DNA of 62,790 nt, counting the filler, from an uncultured Methanosarcinales archaeon (lineage in GTDB: Archaea; Nanobdellota; Nanobdellia; Woesearchaeales; CAYXTQ01), in assembly GCA_964608065.1 (NCBI GenBank). It is 8 parts of 8 records of this genome, joined end to end, with 100 filler letters (N's around TTAATTAATTAA, not from the genome) between each part and the next. Parts side by side here need not be neighbours in the genome. Positions count along the whole stretch, not along the records: positions 48,283 to 55,874 come from CAZSMA010000073.1; positions 55,975 to 62,790 come from CAZSMA010000077.1; 6 more parts are not named here. One strand, written 5' to 3'. Shown here piece by piece: positions 48,438 to 58,899 of this stretch (the stretch's first letter is position 1; each line of letters starts with the position of its first letter). The position numbers and the translations under genes are program-made. The notes beneath the pieces are model-generated. The model was not told the origin of the DNA. It made no database searches and worked only from the letters and a program-made list of their open reading frames with translations.

Positions 48438-48581
48438 TTTTTTCATGTTGGCGTTAATAGTGATTTTGTCCAGCTTATATTTAAATATTTTGGTTTTTGT
48501 CCAATAAAATTAAGAAATATTGGACATTTTTTAGTTTTTTTATGAAAAAATATATAAATCATCTAATATTATAGGTACAAT

Positions 48582-49205
48582 ATGGTAAAAGCTGTAATAT
48601 TTGATATGGATGGAGTAATAGTTGATACTGAAAAGTATCATGAGAAAGCGTATCAGAACACTGCAAATAAACTAGGAGTTAAGATTACTCAGAAGGAAGT
48701 TATGCAGTTCAAAGGTGTTACAGCTACAGAAATCTTTAAGTATTTATTTAATAAGCATAGGATAACTGAAAGTGTAGTTAAGTACGCATTAATTAAAGAT
48801 GAAGTTTACAGAAGCTATCTAACAAATTTAAAGCCATTATCTGGAGTTATAGATCTGATTAATAAATTAAAGAAAGATAAAATAAAGTTAGCAATAGCAT
48901 CTTCAGGATCTAAATTAAATGTTGAATTTATACTTAGAAAATTGAAGATAAAGAATAAGTTTAATGTGATAGTTAATGGTGAGGATGTGAAGAAGGGTAA
49001 GCCTGATCCTGAATTATTTTTGACAGCTGCAAAGAAATTAGGAATTAGGCCAAAAGAGTGTATTGTTATAGAAGATGCTGTTTCGGGTGTTAATGCTGCT
49101 AAAAAAGCGGGAATGTTTTGCATTGCAGTAACTGGTACTTTTGTAAAAAGTAAATTAAAAGATGCTGATTTGGTTATAAATAGATTAAGTGAATTGAAAG
49201 TATAG
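48582..49205 (+). CDS. HAD-family phosphatase (beta-PGM-like)
   Basis: FDMDGVIVDT, KPDPE, IEDA..G. Confidence 0.92.
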   Translation: MVKAVIFDMDGVIVDTEKYHEKAYQNTANKLGVKITQKEVMQFKGVTATEIFKYLFNKHRITESVVKYALIKDEVYRSYLTNLKPLSGVIDLINKLKKDKIKLAIASSGSKLNVEFILRKLKIKNKFNVIVNGEDVKKGKPDPELFLTAAKKLGIRPKECIVIEDAVSGVNAAKKAGMFCIAVTGTFVKSKLKDADLVINRLSELKV

Positions 49206-49273
49206 TTTGAATTCAATGAAAAGTAATCAATAATAAAAATTTTAAAAAAAAAAAAAAACAAAAGGTGGTCAAT

Positions 49274-50539
49274 ATGGACAAAAAAGAAAATTATGAGGTT
49301 AAAGATATTAAATTAGCTGAACAAGGGAGAAAAAATATTGAATGGGCTGAGATGCAGATGGGTGCTTTAATGAAAGTAAAAGAAAGATTTGCAAAAGAAA
49401 AGCCTTTGAAAGGAGTTAGAATAGGAATTGCTTTACACCCAACAAAAGAAACTGCTGTTTTGGTTAGGACTTTGATAGCAGGTGGTGCAGATGTTGCTAT
49501 ATGTGCATGTAATCCGTTATCAACCCAGGATGATGTTGCTGCTGCACTTGCTGAAGAAGGTGTTAAAATATGGGCATATAAAAGCGAGAGTAAAGAAGAT
49601 TATTATAGATATCTAAATAACGTCATTAACACTAGGCCAAATTATACATTAGATGATGGATGTGATTTAATCAGTGAAATCCACAGCAAACATCCTGAAC
49701 TAATAAAAGACATTATGTCGGGCGCAGAGGAGACAAGTACAGGTATACTAAGACTAAAAGCAATGGAAAAAGATAAAGCTTTGAAATATCCTGTATTGGC
49801 TGTCAATAATCTAAATACTAAGCATTTGATGGACAATATAAAGGGAACAGGACAGAGTACTATTGATGGAATTTTAAGAGCAACTAATGTGTTAATTGCC
49901 GGAAAAAATTTTGTTGTGTGTGGCTATGGACCTTGTGGAAAAGGTGTTGCAAAAAGAGCTTTAGGAATGGATGCTAATGTCATTGTAACAGAAATTGATT
50001 CATTTAGGGCTTTACAAGCAGTTATGGATGGTTTTAGGGTAATGCCTATTAAGGAAGCAGCAAAAATAGGAGATATATTTGTAACAGTCACTGGAAACAA
50101 AAATGTAATTGATGTTGGACATATGAAACTAATGAAGGATGGGGTTATATTGGCTAATTCAGGTCATTTTGATGCTGAGATTAATATAAATGGATTGAAA
50201 AAAGTTGCTAAAAATGAAAGAAAAATAAGAGAGTTTATGGATGAATTTACATTAGATAATGGGAAAAGGATATTTATTTTAGGACAGGCTAGACTTATCA
50301 ATTTGGCAGCTGCCGAGGGGCATCCTTCAACAATAATGGCTATGTCTTTTTGCGGACAAGCATTAGCTGCTGAGTATGCTGTGAAAAATAAAGGTAACTT
50401 GCCAGTTAAGGTAATAGATATACCTAAAGAAATAGATAACAAAATCGCAGAACTTCAACTAGAAGCATTAGGAGTAAAGAAAGACGTCCTTTCAGAGGCT
50501 CAAAAAAAATATCTAGATAGTTGGGATGAAGGAACATAA
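49274..50539 (+). CDS. ahcY: Adenosylhomocysteinase
   Basis: CNPLSTQDD, DDGCD, EETSTG, GTGQS, GYGPCGKG, SGHFD, NLAAAEGHP. Confidence 0.95.
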   Translation: MDKKENYEVKDIKLAEQGRKNIEWAEMQMGALMKVKERFAKEKPLKGVRIGIALHPTKETAVLVRTLIAGGADVAICACNPLSTQDDVAAALAEEGVKIWAYKSESKEDYYRYLNNVINTRPNYTLDDGCDLISEIHSKHPELIKDIMSGAEETSTGILRLKAMEKDKALKYPVLAVNNLNTKHLMDNIKGTGQSTIDGILRATNVLIAGKNFVVCGYGPCGKGVAKRALGMDANVIVTEIDSFRALQAVMDGFRVMPIKEAAKIGDIFVTVTGNKNVIDVGHMKLMKDGVILANSGHFDAEININGLKKVAKNERKIREFMDEFTLDNGKRIFILGQARLINLAAAEGHPSTIMAMSFCGQALAAEYAVKNKGNLPVKVIDIPKEIDNKIAELQLEALGVKKDVLSEAQKKYLDSWDEGT

Positions 50540-51934
50540 TTTATTTAAGCAGTTTAATGTTTCAGTGCCTTTCTGAGATAAAATTAGTTTTTTATCTTTT
50601 TTGATTAGGAATTTGTTCAATAACAAAATATCAATAGCTCTTCTAATTAAAGTAATGAATGATTGTTTTTTACGAGTAATTTTAAATTTTACTAACTTAT
50701 TAATTATTTTGTTAAAATCTGTATCTTCCTTATTAAAACAAAGGATTATTCTTGAATAAAGGTGATTTAAAATTCCAGTACAGAATTTATTATAATTTTT
50801 ATTATTTCCTTTCCAAGAAACAGAATCAAACAAGTTATATATTAAAAAATTCGAAAAGTTATCCCATCTACCTACATAAACATAAAAACATTTATTTCGT
50901 TTATCTGGAAATATTTTTGAATTAATATTAAAATATTTTAATAAAATTTTATGATATAATTCAGCCTCTTCTTTACAAGAAGTTGAGAATCTTATTTGGC
51001 TTAGACTATTATTTTTTAAAAGACAATCACAATCACAAAGGGTTCCTTTGATATAATCTATCACTACATCTTCATTCCAGTTTCCTAACAAAATTGAATT
51101 TTCAAATTTCATAAAGAGATATTGAATAATAAAAGACAAAGTAGAATTGTTAAATTTAATTTGCACACTTCCATAAAATTTTGCTTTGTGTCCTGGGCCT
51201 TGTTTATAAATAAACTTGAATTGGTTTTTAGATATGCCTAATTTTTCTGACCAAAATTTAATTAAGGCTTTTTCTCGTTTAGGATCTCTCTTTGATGATA
51301 TGTATTGGATATAATAAGATAACCTAGGGTTGTTGTTTGAAAATCCCATGGAGTGAATAAAAGACAACCATTTCTGAACAACTTTTGGATTACTGTTAGT
51401 GAATTGAAGTGCTGATCTTGTTAGAGAATGTTTACCACCTTCTGTCCTCCATAAGCCTACAATGAAAGAATCAAAAAGAAAATTTTTATCCATAATAATA
51501 TAATTTGAAGATTTTGAGTTCTGATAACTAAATATAATCTTATTGTTTTGCCATTTAAAGCAATTTAATTTTATAATTTCATCATTAATTTTAACAGAGT
51601 TGGGAAGAATTTTAATCAGGTTGTTTGATACGCTTTTTATTTCTTTATTCTCCAAGCTAATTCTTTCTAGTTTTTTAATAACTTCAGATTCTACTGGTGT
51701 TTTTATATCAAATCTCAAACCTAGTTTTGATCGGATAGATTTTCTTATATTTATTTTGTAATTACTTCTGACATTAGCTGGAAAAATAACTTCTTTATTA
51801 TCGATTAGATTTCTAATTTTTAAAATAATCCAATCTCCTATTTTAATTTGTGATTTTTTTAAAATGGTTTTTATATAGAGAACAGATCCTTCTCTTTTTT
51901 CAATTTTTATATTTCTTATGTTTCTATTATACAT
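50513..51934 (-). CDS. Free-standing LAGLIDADG-like endonuclease-domain protein
   Basis: FIVGLWRTEGG..LQFTNSN and YIKGTLCDCDC..IRFST; very basic; overlaps the ahcY 3' end. Confidence 0.65.
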   Translation of the reverse strand: MYNRNIRNIKIEKREGSVLYIKTILKKSQIKIGDWIILKIRNLIDNKEVIFPANVRSNYKINIRKSIRSKLGLRFDIKTPVESEVIKKLERISLENKEIKSVSNNLIKILPNSVKINDEIIKLNCFKWQNNKIIFSYQNSKSSNYIIMDKNFLFDSFIVGLWRTEGGKHSLTRSALQFTNSNPKVVQKWLSFIHSMGFSNNNPRLSYYIQYISSKRDPKREKALIKFWSEKLGISKNQFKFIYKQGPGHKAKFYGSVQIKFNNSTLSFIIQYLFMKFENSILLGNWNEDVVIDYIKGTLCDCDCLLKNNSLSQIRFSTSCKEEAELYHKILLKYFNINSKIFPDKRNKCFYVYVGRWDNFSNFLIYNLFDSVSWKGNNKNYNKFCTGILNHLYSRIILCFNKEDTDFNKIINKLVKFKITRKKQSFITLIRRAIDILLLNKFLIKKDKKLILSQKGTETLNCLNKLCSFIPTI

Positions 51935-52002
51935 CTCAAATCACCTCGTTTTAATTTTTCTTTTTTATTACATTTAAAAAGAAAAATTTTTGAGGCGTAA
52001 AA

Positions 52003-52137
52003 AAAGAGAGCGTTAAGCGAAATGCTCAAAAATCAAAGATTTTTGGCATGTTGAAAATCTATGATTTTCATACACTGCGTAATTGATTTTTGGCTATGCC
52101 TAAAATCATTATTTAGCAGTTTTGCGTGCTCTCTTTT
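52003..52137. repeat. Multi-hairpin palindromic element in the LAGLIDADG leader
   Basis: AAAAGAGAGC/GCTCTCTTTT closing stem; CAAAAATC/GATTTTTG and TGAAAATC/GATTTTCA hairpins. Confidence 0.7.
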
Positions 52138-52156
52138 CTTCTTCTATAAGTAGAAC

Positions 52157-52205
52157 TCATTTATATATCTCACGCGCACTTGGCTAGTGGGTTTTTTGGC
52201 CAGTG
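52157..52205. repeat. 49-bp dispersed repeat, copy 2
   Basis: 42/49 identity with 33519-33567. Confidence 0.8.
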
Positions 52206-52223
52206 GTATTTAATAGAAGGGAC

Positions 52224-52655
52224 TTAAGCAATTGTTGCAGTTATTTTACCTATTTTTGTATAGGTTCTTCCATCCTCTGCAATATAGGTGAAATTTATTT
52301 TTTTATCAATTTCATCTCCTATTTTGAATTCACAGCCTGTGATCAAGAAAGTGTCTTCATTATCTTTTCCTAATATGTTTCCTAAATCCATATCAGTGCA
52401 GTCTTCAACTCCAACATCTAACCCTAATAATAATTCATCCATCTTGTTCTGTATTTTTAGGGTAATCCTGTCTTGTTCTGCTTTGAATTCTTTGCATTTT
52501 AGTTTAGGAGCAATTTTACAAGTAGAGCCTTCAACATTTATCATGCCAAAATAGACTAATATTCCTAATCCTACTAATATTACCAATATAGCCCAGCTAT
52601 AAGTTATAAAGAATTCCAGGACATGTGCTTGTGATTTCTTCTTTTCCTCATCCAT
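52224..52655 (-). CDS. Class III signal peptide (pilin-like) protein
   Basis: KKKSQA..EFFITYSWAILVIL..LVYFG. Confidence 0.7.
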   Translation of the reverse strand: MDEEKKKSQAHVLEFFITYSWAILVILVGLGILVYFGMINVEGSTCKIAPKLKCKEFKAEQDRITLKIQNKMDELLLGLDVGVEDCTDMDLGNILGKDNEDTFLITGCEFKIGDEIDKKINFTYIAEDGRTYTKIGKITATIA

Positions 52656-52720
52656 CTTATAGATAATGATGTTTAATAAACTTGTATTTAAAATTTGTTG
52701 TTTTAGTTAAGTTTAAACAA

Positions 52721-52830
52721 GAGAAATGCTACGCATTTCTAAGTCATGAAAATCTTTGATTTTCAGGACACAAGAAATATTTGATTTTTTCGTGCATAAA
52801 ATTTCCGAAAACCCTTTTTTCGATAATTTT
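52721..52830. repeat. Palindromic element abutting the MEMO1 promoter
   Basis: 52745-52796 is 43/52 identical to 7186-7237; first hairpin matches 39920-39943. Confidence 0.8.
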
Positions 52831-52859
52831 ATATATTTTATAATCTAACAGTCTATTAA

Positions 52860-53726
52860 ATGGTAAGAGAACCTATTGTAGCTGGAATGTTTTATGAATC
52901 TGATTCTGAAGAGCTTAAAGAGCAGATAAGTGGTTGTTTTACTCATGAATTTGGTCCTGGAAGTTTAGATGGGACAAATGGTAAAAAGATTGTTGGAGTT
53001 GTAGCACCGCATGCAGGTTATCCTTACTCTGGGCCTGGTGCTGCATGGTGTTTTAAGGAAATAGCAGAATCAGAGCTGCCTGATTTGTTTATTATTATTG
53101 GATTAAGTCATAGTGGTTATAGAAGCTGTGTTTCTTTGGAGGATTGGAAAACACCATTAGGCGTTGTGAAGAATGACAAGGAGTTTACAAATAAATTGGT
53201 TGAGAACTCAAAATTAGAAGTAAATGAAGAAGCACATAATCAGGAGCATTCTTTAGAAGTTCAATTGCCTTTTTTACAGTTTGTTAATAAAGACAATATA
53301 GATAAGGTAAGGTTTGTACCTATAATAGCATCTTCTGATTTGGATTATAAAGAAATTGCTGAAAGTATAAAAAAAACAATAGATAAAACAAATAAAAGAG
53401 TTATTGTTATAGCTTCTTCAGATTTTACACATTATGGGATTAATTATGGTTATATGCCTTTTAGTAAGGATATAAAAGAAAATTTGTATAAATTGGATAA
53501 AGATGCTATTGAGTTTATAGAAAAGCTTGATTCTAAGGGTTTTTTACAGTATGTGAATGAGAAAAAAACTACAATATGTGGTCAGTATCCAATAGCTGTT
53601 ATGATTGAATTATGCAGGCTGTTAGGTGCTTCTAAAGCTAATTTATTAAAATATTATACTTCTGGAGATATTACAAAGGACTATAGCAGTAGTGTTGTTG
53701 GTTATGGATCTATTGTTGTAGAATAA
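52860..53726 (+). CDS. MEMO1 family (AmmeMemoRadiSam protein B)
   Basis: VAGMFY, PHAGYPYSG, EHSLEVQLPFLQ, ASSDFTHYG, TICG. Confidence 0.93.
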   Translation: MVREPIVAGMFYESDSEELKEQISGCFTHEFGPGSLDGTNGKKIVGVVAPHAGYPYSGPGAAWCFKEIAESELPDLFIIIGLSHSGYRSCVSLEDWKTPLGVVKNDKEFTNKLVENSKLEVNEEAHNQEHSLEVQLPFLQFVNKDNIDKVRFVPIIASSDLDYKEIAESIKKTIDKTNKRVIVIASSDFTHYGINYGYMPFSKDIKENLYKLDKDAIEFIEKLDSKGFLQYVNEKKTTICGQYPIAVMIELCRLLGASKANLLKYYTSGDITKDYSSSVVGYGSIVVE

Positions 53727-53826
53727 AGAAAAAGAATTATATTTCTGACAATAGTGTTCATTAGTAATGTATAAACCTTTCTATTGTCAATGAACAGTTT
53801 AGTGTGAAAAAAAATAAAAATAAAAA

Positions 53827-54888
53827 TTAGAAACCTATTGGTTTATTCTTTTTCTTCATTACGAAGAATATTGCTAATACAAGTATTACTATTACGACTA
53901 CAATTATGATTGTCTGGGTGGGAATTTGTTTTTTAACCTCTACTGGTGTAACTTCTGGTTCTTCTTCTATGGGTGTTTCTTCTGGGATTACTTCAGGTAT
54001 TTCTTCTGTTGGAGCTTCAATTTTTTCAGCTAATTTTCTAAATGTTAATTTTGCTTTTCCATAGACAATATCTACTAATTTAATTGCAATATCTTTGACT
54101 CCGTCATTGTTTATATCTATTTCTTTTGTTTCTCCTATTTTAACAGTTGTTGTAATTGGTGATGAAGTTATTGTTAGCAATACTCTGTCAACATAAACTT
54201 TTGTAATAGTTATTGTATGTTTGTTTTCTTTACTGTCTTTAAAAGAGAATTCACTTCCTTGGGCAGATTCTATGCTAAAGCCGCTTGCACTTTCAAAATC
54301 AAGTGTTTCTTCTAAATCTGTGACTGTAACTACTGGTGTTGCTGCTCCTCCGCCACCGCCACTGCTCCCACCGCCACCAGTGCTAGGTGTTGTTGCTGCT
54401 ACACATGCTGTAGCTTGACAAGTTCCACTGCCGCTTCCATCTGTATATTCAGTAGCGCCACTACAACAATAAGCGCCTGAACAGCCATTTGAATAAGAAC
54501 AAGATACTCCGTTGGCAGATTTATTCATTGAAAGATTCAAGTTAGTTGTTGCTCCGCTACTGCATGTTTGAACAGCTTCTGTAACATTCACTCCATAAAT
54601 CCTAAATTTAATATTTTCCCCATCATTACATCCAACTGTAGCAACATATTGTCCATTTGCAATTCCAGCTCCACCTAAATCTGGACCAACATAATATTTA
54701 ATTGCTGACAGAGAATCAGCTATATATACTTCAATAGTAGCGTTATCTACAACACTGGCAGAAAAATTTCCATCTATGCTTACATTTCCTGTAAACCTAT
54801 GAGCTGACGGCGCTGCAGCAAATACAAAAAGCGAGTAAAGTAGTGAAATAAATAATAGTAAAGTCAGTTTTATTTTATTCTTTTGCAT
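53827..54888 (-). CDS. Secreted, C-terminally anchored surface protein
   Basis: Signal peptide, Cys-rich segment, Gly linker, C-terminal TM + KKK. Confidence 0.8.
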   Translation of the reverse strand: MQKNKIKLTLLLFISLLYSLFVFAAAPSAHRFTGNVSIDGNFSASVVDNATIEVYIADSLSAIKYYVGPDLGGAGIANGQYVATVGCNDGENIKFRIYGVNVTEAVQTCSSGATTNLNLSMNKSANGVSCSYSNGCSGAYCCSGATEYTDGSGSGTCQATACVAATTPSTGGGGSSGGGGGAATPVVTVTDLEETLDFESASGFSIESAQGSEFSFKDSKENKHTITITKVYVDRVLLTITSSPITTTVKIGETKEIDINNDGVKDIAIKLVDIVYGKAKLTFRKLAEKIEAPTEEIPEVIPEETPIEEEPEVTPVEVKKQIPTQTIIIVVVIVILVLAIFFVMKKKNKPIGF

Positions 54889-54940
54889 TTTATGTTTTAT
54901 ACTTATAGTTTAATATATAATTTAAAAAAAAAAAAGTAAT

Positions 54941-55874
54941 TTAAGTTATCTCTATTCTGTCTGTCTTATTCATGTATAGATAGTAATTGTTAGCCTGATC
55001 ATTTATTGAGAAATTTATAAAGTCATTTGATGTATCATCTGGTAGATATGACAACCATTGACTTCCGTTGTAAGCAAACAGTTTAGTGTAACTTCCACTT
55101 ATTGAATCTAAGACATGTGAAGCATTTAAGCTTGTTAATGGCGTTGTTAAATTCTCTAGTAACCATGTTCTTAATGTAAATGGATCAGACCATTTATTTG
55201 CTGTCCAATAATCATGTTTTGTAGATGGTCTTGTTATACTATACAAAGACATTGTATCTAAGTCAAAGAACAATGTACTTTCTCTTAATTTGCCGCTTGT
55301 TGTCTCTCTACAGCTTATATAATAATTATAATAGTTGTCTGTTAGTGTAGTTAAACTGTGGTTATGGCTTGTTCCACTAGTTGCACCAAAGGCAGTCATT
55401 GAAGCATAGTTATTTGTTGTATTGCTATATTTGCATGTAGCAGACTTGTTTGTTGATACGTTCAATGGAGGTGTATTATCTGTTATTGTTCCAGATGGAC
55501 CATTAACAATCATCATTGCTGTTCCATCATATACTGTAAATGCTATTGCTGTTGATGAAGTCATATTATTTCCTGCTGTATCTGCACACCTTACATAATA
55601 AGTATAAGCTTGTTCATTTGTCAATCCTGTTAAAGTTACATAGTGTTGTATATTACTTGCCTCATCAGTCATTGAGCTTGTTGCCATAGATCCATATTGA
55701 ATATCAGTTTCATTATATCTGCAAGTAGATGCTTCTGTTGTAGTTACATTTAAAACAACAGTATTTGTAGTAACTGCTCCTCCTGTTGGAGAGATTACAG
55801 CATTTATAGATGGCGCAGTTGCATCACCTATATTAAATGTCATATATGCTCCTTGAGCAGTTGCAGTACTCCAT
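54941..55874 (-). CDS. Ig-like surface protein, C-terminal part (5' truncated)
   Basis: Repeated TxExxxCRY / YYVRCxDxxGN units. Confidence 0.75.
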
Positions 55875-56101
55875 NNNNNNNNNNNNNNNNNNNNNNNNNN
55901 NNNNNNNNNNNNNNNNNNTTAATTAATTAANNNNNNNNNNNNNNNNNNNNNNNNNNNNNNNNNNNNNNNNNNNNTGAATTATCTCCAAAGCATGGCCGCA
56001 ATGGGGTTTATGATTGGGATATGCAATAGCTGTTGTTACATATATTTTTTTGAATTAAACCACCTATTGGAGTAGAAACTAGTCAGTGTTTAAAAACTTT
56101 A

Positions 56102-56860
56102 TCAAAAAATAAATAAACTAACAGCCATTATAAAAGCAATAATATAGAATATTAGTTTTATCTTTTCTTCGCCTTTTTCAAGATGATATTTGCTGCCAAA
56201 CCACCCTCCTAATGCATGCGCTATAAGCATTACAAAAGCTAGAACCCAGTTAATATAACCTTTGTAGATAAACAAAGCAAGAGATATCAAACTTGTAGCA
56301 AGCAACGGAAGCTTTCTTGTTCCAGAAGCCTGAAGTATTGTCTGGCCATACATTATGATTAATACATATGAGAGAAGTATTGCACCACCTCCACCAACTA
56401 TAACTGTGACAATTGCTGCAAACAACCCAGCTATAGGGCCTAATATTTTTCTTCTTTTTAAAAGATGACCTTTTAGTTTCTGTACTTTTTTGTTGTTTTC
56501 AAAAATGAAGAATATCAGCAATCCAATGATCATTACTCCAACCATCTTTTTCATTATGTTTTGATCTAAACTGTCAATAATACTGAATCCAACAACACCT
56601 CCAATCAAACTTACAATAATAAAATAAGAAGCTAGTTTATAATCTACTTTACCCCATTTATGGAATTGGATCATTGATGTTATTGTTCCGCCTAATGTGG
56701 AAAATCTTCTTGTTCCCAGAATAACAGGAACAGGCAGGCCAAAATGTAATAGGACTGGTGTTGCTAATAACCCACCACCACCAACTGTAGAACCAATCCA
56801 TGAACTAATAAAAGTTATTACAAACGCGATGATTAATAATAAAGGGCTGACCATTTTCAA
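56102..56860 (-). CDS. TauE/SafE (TSUP) family transporter
   Basis: VGGGGLLATP, GGGGA, multiple TM segments. Confidence 0.85.
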   Translation of the reverse strand: MKMVSPLLLIIAFVITFISSWIGSTVGGGGLLATPVLLHFGLPVPVILGTRRFSTLGGTITSMIQFHKWGKVDYKLASYFIIVSLIGGVVGFSIIDSLDQNIMKKMVGVMIIGLLIFFIFENNKKVQKLKGHLLKRRKILGPIAGLFAAIVTVIVGGGGAILLSYVLIIMYGQTILQASGTRKLPLLATSLISLALFIYKGYINWVLAFVMLIAHALGGWFGSKYHLEKGEEKIKLIFYIIAFIMAVSLFIF

Positions 56861-57456
56861 TAGCTTTTCCAGTGAGGGTCATAACTTAACATCCAATCAG
56901 ATAAAACTCTAGTCTCATACTCATCATCTGTGTGGATGCCTTCATGAACTTCAACATATCTGTTCATATGGCTGTAGTTCATGTCAGATCTTTTACCCAT
57001 TGTGTCCCATCCTAAAATTGTCCAGCCTAAAACTCCGCCTAGAATTGATTTTGGCTCTACAATCAGTTTTTTGTTTGGTATATTTCTTGTAAAATCCTGC
57101 CTGCTTTTTAACAAATCTTCAAAATAATCTTTTACAAAAGTATTATAGTTGACAGAATTGATTATTTTCTTTTGATATTGGTCATTTCTAATTGGTTTGA
57201 TTTTTAATGGTCCTTGTGATTCTTCAAAAATAAAATTTTCTTTACTTTTTTCTTTGAAGTCTTTCTTCTCTTCTTTACTTATATTTTTTTTAGTAATAAA
57301 ACTATTTTGGATTACCTCTTGAATATAATCTTCTTCCTTAAGAATTAACTTGTCTTCTTTAGGAGCTAAGTATCTTATTATATCTTCAATAGGTGTTATT
57401 TCTTTGTAGCCTTCATCTTTTTTGTTATTCCAATCTTCTTTCCACATTTTCCACAC
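56857..57456 (-). CDS. Hypothetical protein with C-terminal HExxH motif
   Basis: VHEGIH..E; start codon uncertain. Confidence 0.55.
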   Translation of the reverse strand: MWKMWKEDWNNKKDEGYKEITPIEDIIRYLAPKEDKLILKEEDYIQEVIQNSFITKKNISKEEKKDFKEKSKENFIFEESQGPLKIKPIRNDQYQKKIINSVNYNTFVKDYFEDLLKSRQDFTRNIPNKKLIVEPKSILGGVLGWTILGWDTMGKRSDMNYSHMNRYVEVHEGIHTDDEYETRVLSDWMLSYDPHWKSY

Positions 57457-57785
57457 TCAAAAACATAAGATTTTACACCTTCAAAGCTTTTTCTTATATA
57501 AGGTGTTGTTGCTTCTCCTTGATTGCTGCAATGAGGGCAGGTATATATTATCTCTACAGTTAAAGTATCTTCATGCTCTTTCTTTTCTTCTTTAAAACCG
57601 CATCCAGGACAAATATATTCAGGAGCTCTTATCTTGACTTTTCCTTTTTCAACAGGCTTGCCCATCTTTGCTTTATGGCATTGAGGACATTCTTTTTTAT
57701 AGACCCATGCTTTAATAATTAGATTATCTTTTTTTCTGTTTGTGAAATAAATTAAATCATCCATTGATTCAGGTTCTGTTACCAT
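57396..57785 (-). CDS. Multi-zinc-ribbon protein
   Basis: CPQC, CPGC, CPHC, CGKC; GGTGA RBS. Confidence 0.75.
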   Translation of the reverse strand: MVTEPESMDDLIYFTNRKKDNLIIKAWVYKKECPQCHKAKMGKPVEKGKVKIRAPEYICPGCGFKEEKKEHEDTLTVEIIYTCPHCSNQGEATTPYIRKSFEGVKSYVFECGKCGKKIGITKKMKATKK

Positions 57786-57909
57786 ATTTTATCACCTTTT
57801 TAATTATTAACAAAAAAAAAACCTATTTTAACCTTATTTGTTAATAATTAACCAACTTATTTATAAATTTATTTCTTTTTATATAATTAAACATAGAAAA
57901 CTTTATATA

Positions 57910-57938
57910 TTAGTTCATTTATTGAACTAATTAGTTCA
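57910..57938. promoter_or_regulatory. Operator-like TTAGTTCA/TGAACTAA inverted repeats between the TATA box and ATG
   Basis: 57910-17, 57923-30, 57931-38. Confidence 0.6.
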
Positions 57939-57940
57939 CA

Positions 57941-58534
57941 ATGAGAACAGATATAATATCCTTTATTTTAATCTCAGAAAACAGGAAAAAAATAGTTAGA
58001 ACTATATTTGAATATCCTAAAAGACAATGGAGTTGTTCATCTTTAGAAGATTTAGCAAAAATTTCTCATTCAACTGTTTTTAGAACCTTATATGGTTTAA
58101 GGAATTTTGGTATTTTAAAAACCATAAAAATAAATAAAAAAGATATAATATATGAGTTGGTAATAGAAAATCCATTAATAGAAACTCTAAAAAGAATATT
58201 AGACATTGGAAAAATAACAACAAGCAAAATTGCAAATAATTTTATTAATAAAATTAAATCAAAACAAATATATTCTGCAATTTTATATGGTTCAAGCATT
58301 ACAGGAGATCTAAAACCTGAAAGTGATATTGATATATTAATCATTTTAGACAAATCAAACGAAATAAAGAAAAAAAAAATACAAGATGAAGCTGCAAATC
58401 TTTCCTCAAACTTAAATAGAACAATATCAACTTTAATAATGGATAAGAAAGAATTAAATAGTGAAAAAAATAAACAATTTATTAAATCCATTAAAGAAAA
58501 TATGGAGGTAATTTATGGAAAAAAACCATTTTGA
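57941..58534 (+). CDS. wHTH + minimal nucleotidyltransferase (MNT antitoxin)
   Basis: LYGS..G...ESDIDILII; N-terminal HTH. Confidence 0.88.
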   Translation: MRTDIISFILISENRKKIVRTIFEYPKRQWSCSSLEDLAKISHSTVFRTLYGLRNFGILKTIKINKKDIIYELVIENPLIETLKRILDIGKITTSKIANNFINKIKSKQIYSAILYGSSITGDLKPESDIDILIILDKSNEIKKKKIQDEAANLSSNLNRTISTLIMDKKELNSEKNKQFIKSIKENMEVIYGKKPF

Positions 58535-58898
58535 ACAAGCTAAATTATGGTTAGAAGGAGCAAAGTATATATCTAATTATAGTTCTGAAGGCAAAGAAAA
58601 ATGTACAGTAGCAGTTTCAATGGCTATTCATTCAATAATTAAAGCTAATGATGCTCTAACTTTCAAGTTTATGGATATTACAGCAAGACGCCATGATGAT
58701 GCTAGAAGATTATTTGAAGATTTGATAAAGAAAAATTTTGTTAAAGCAGAATACTCTAATTATAAACAAATAATACAGGATGCTATTAATGATAAAGCAA
58801 AAGCAGATTACAGGGGCGCATTCTTTAGTAAAAATGATTTTGAAGAAATGAAAAGAAAAGCAGAAAAATTTATAAAAATGGCTGAAGAGATAATCTAA
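58515..58898 (+). CDS. HEPN-domain protein (toxin partner)
   Basis: AIHSIIKANDAL..RRH..KAKADY; overlaps MNT. Confidence 0.8.
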   Translation: MEKNHFEQAKLWLEGAKYISNYSSEGKEKCTVAVSMAIHSIIKANDALTFKFMDITARRHDDARRLFEDLIKKNFVKAEYSNYKQIIQDAINDKAKADYRGAFFSKNDFEEMKRKAEKFIKMAEEII

Positions 58899-58899
58899 T

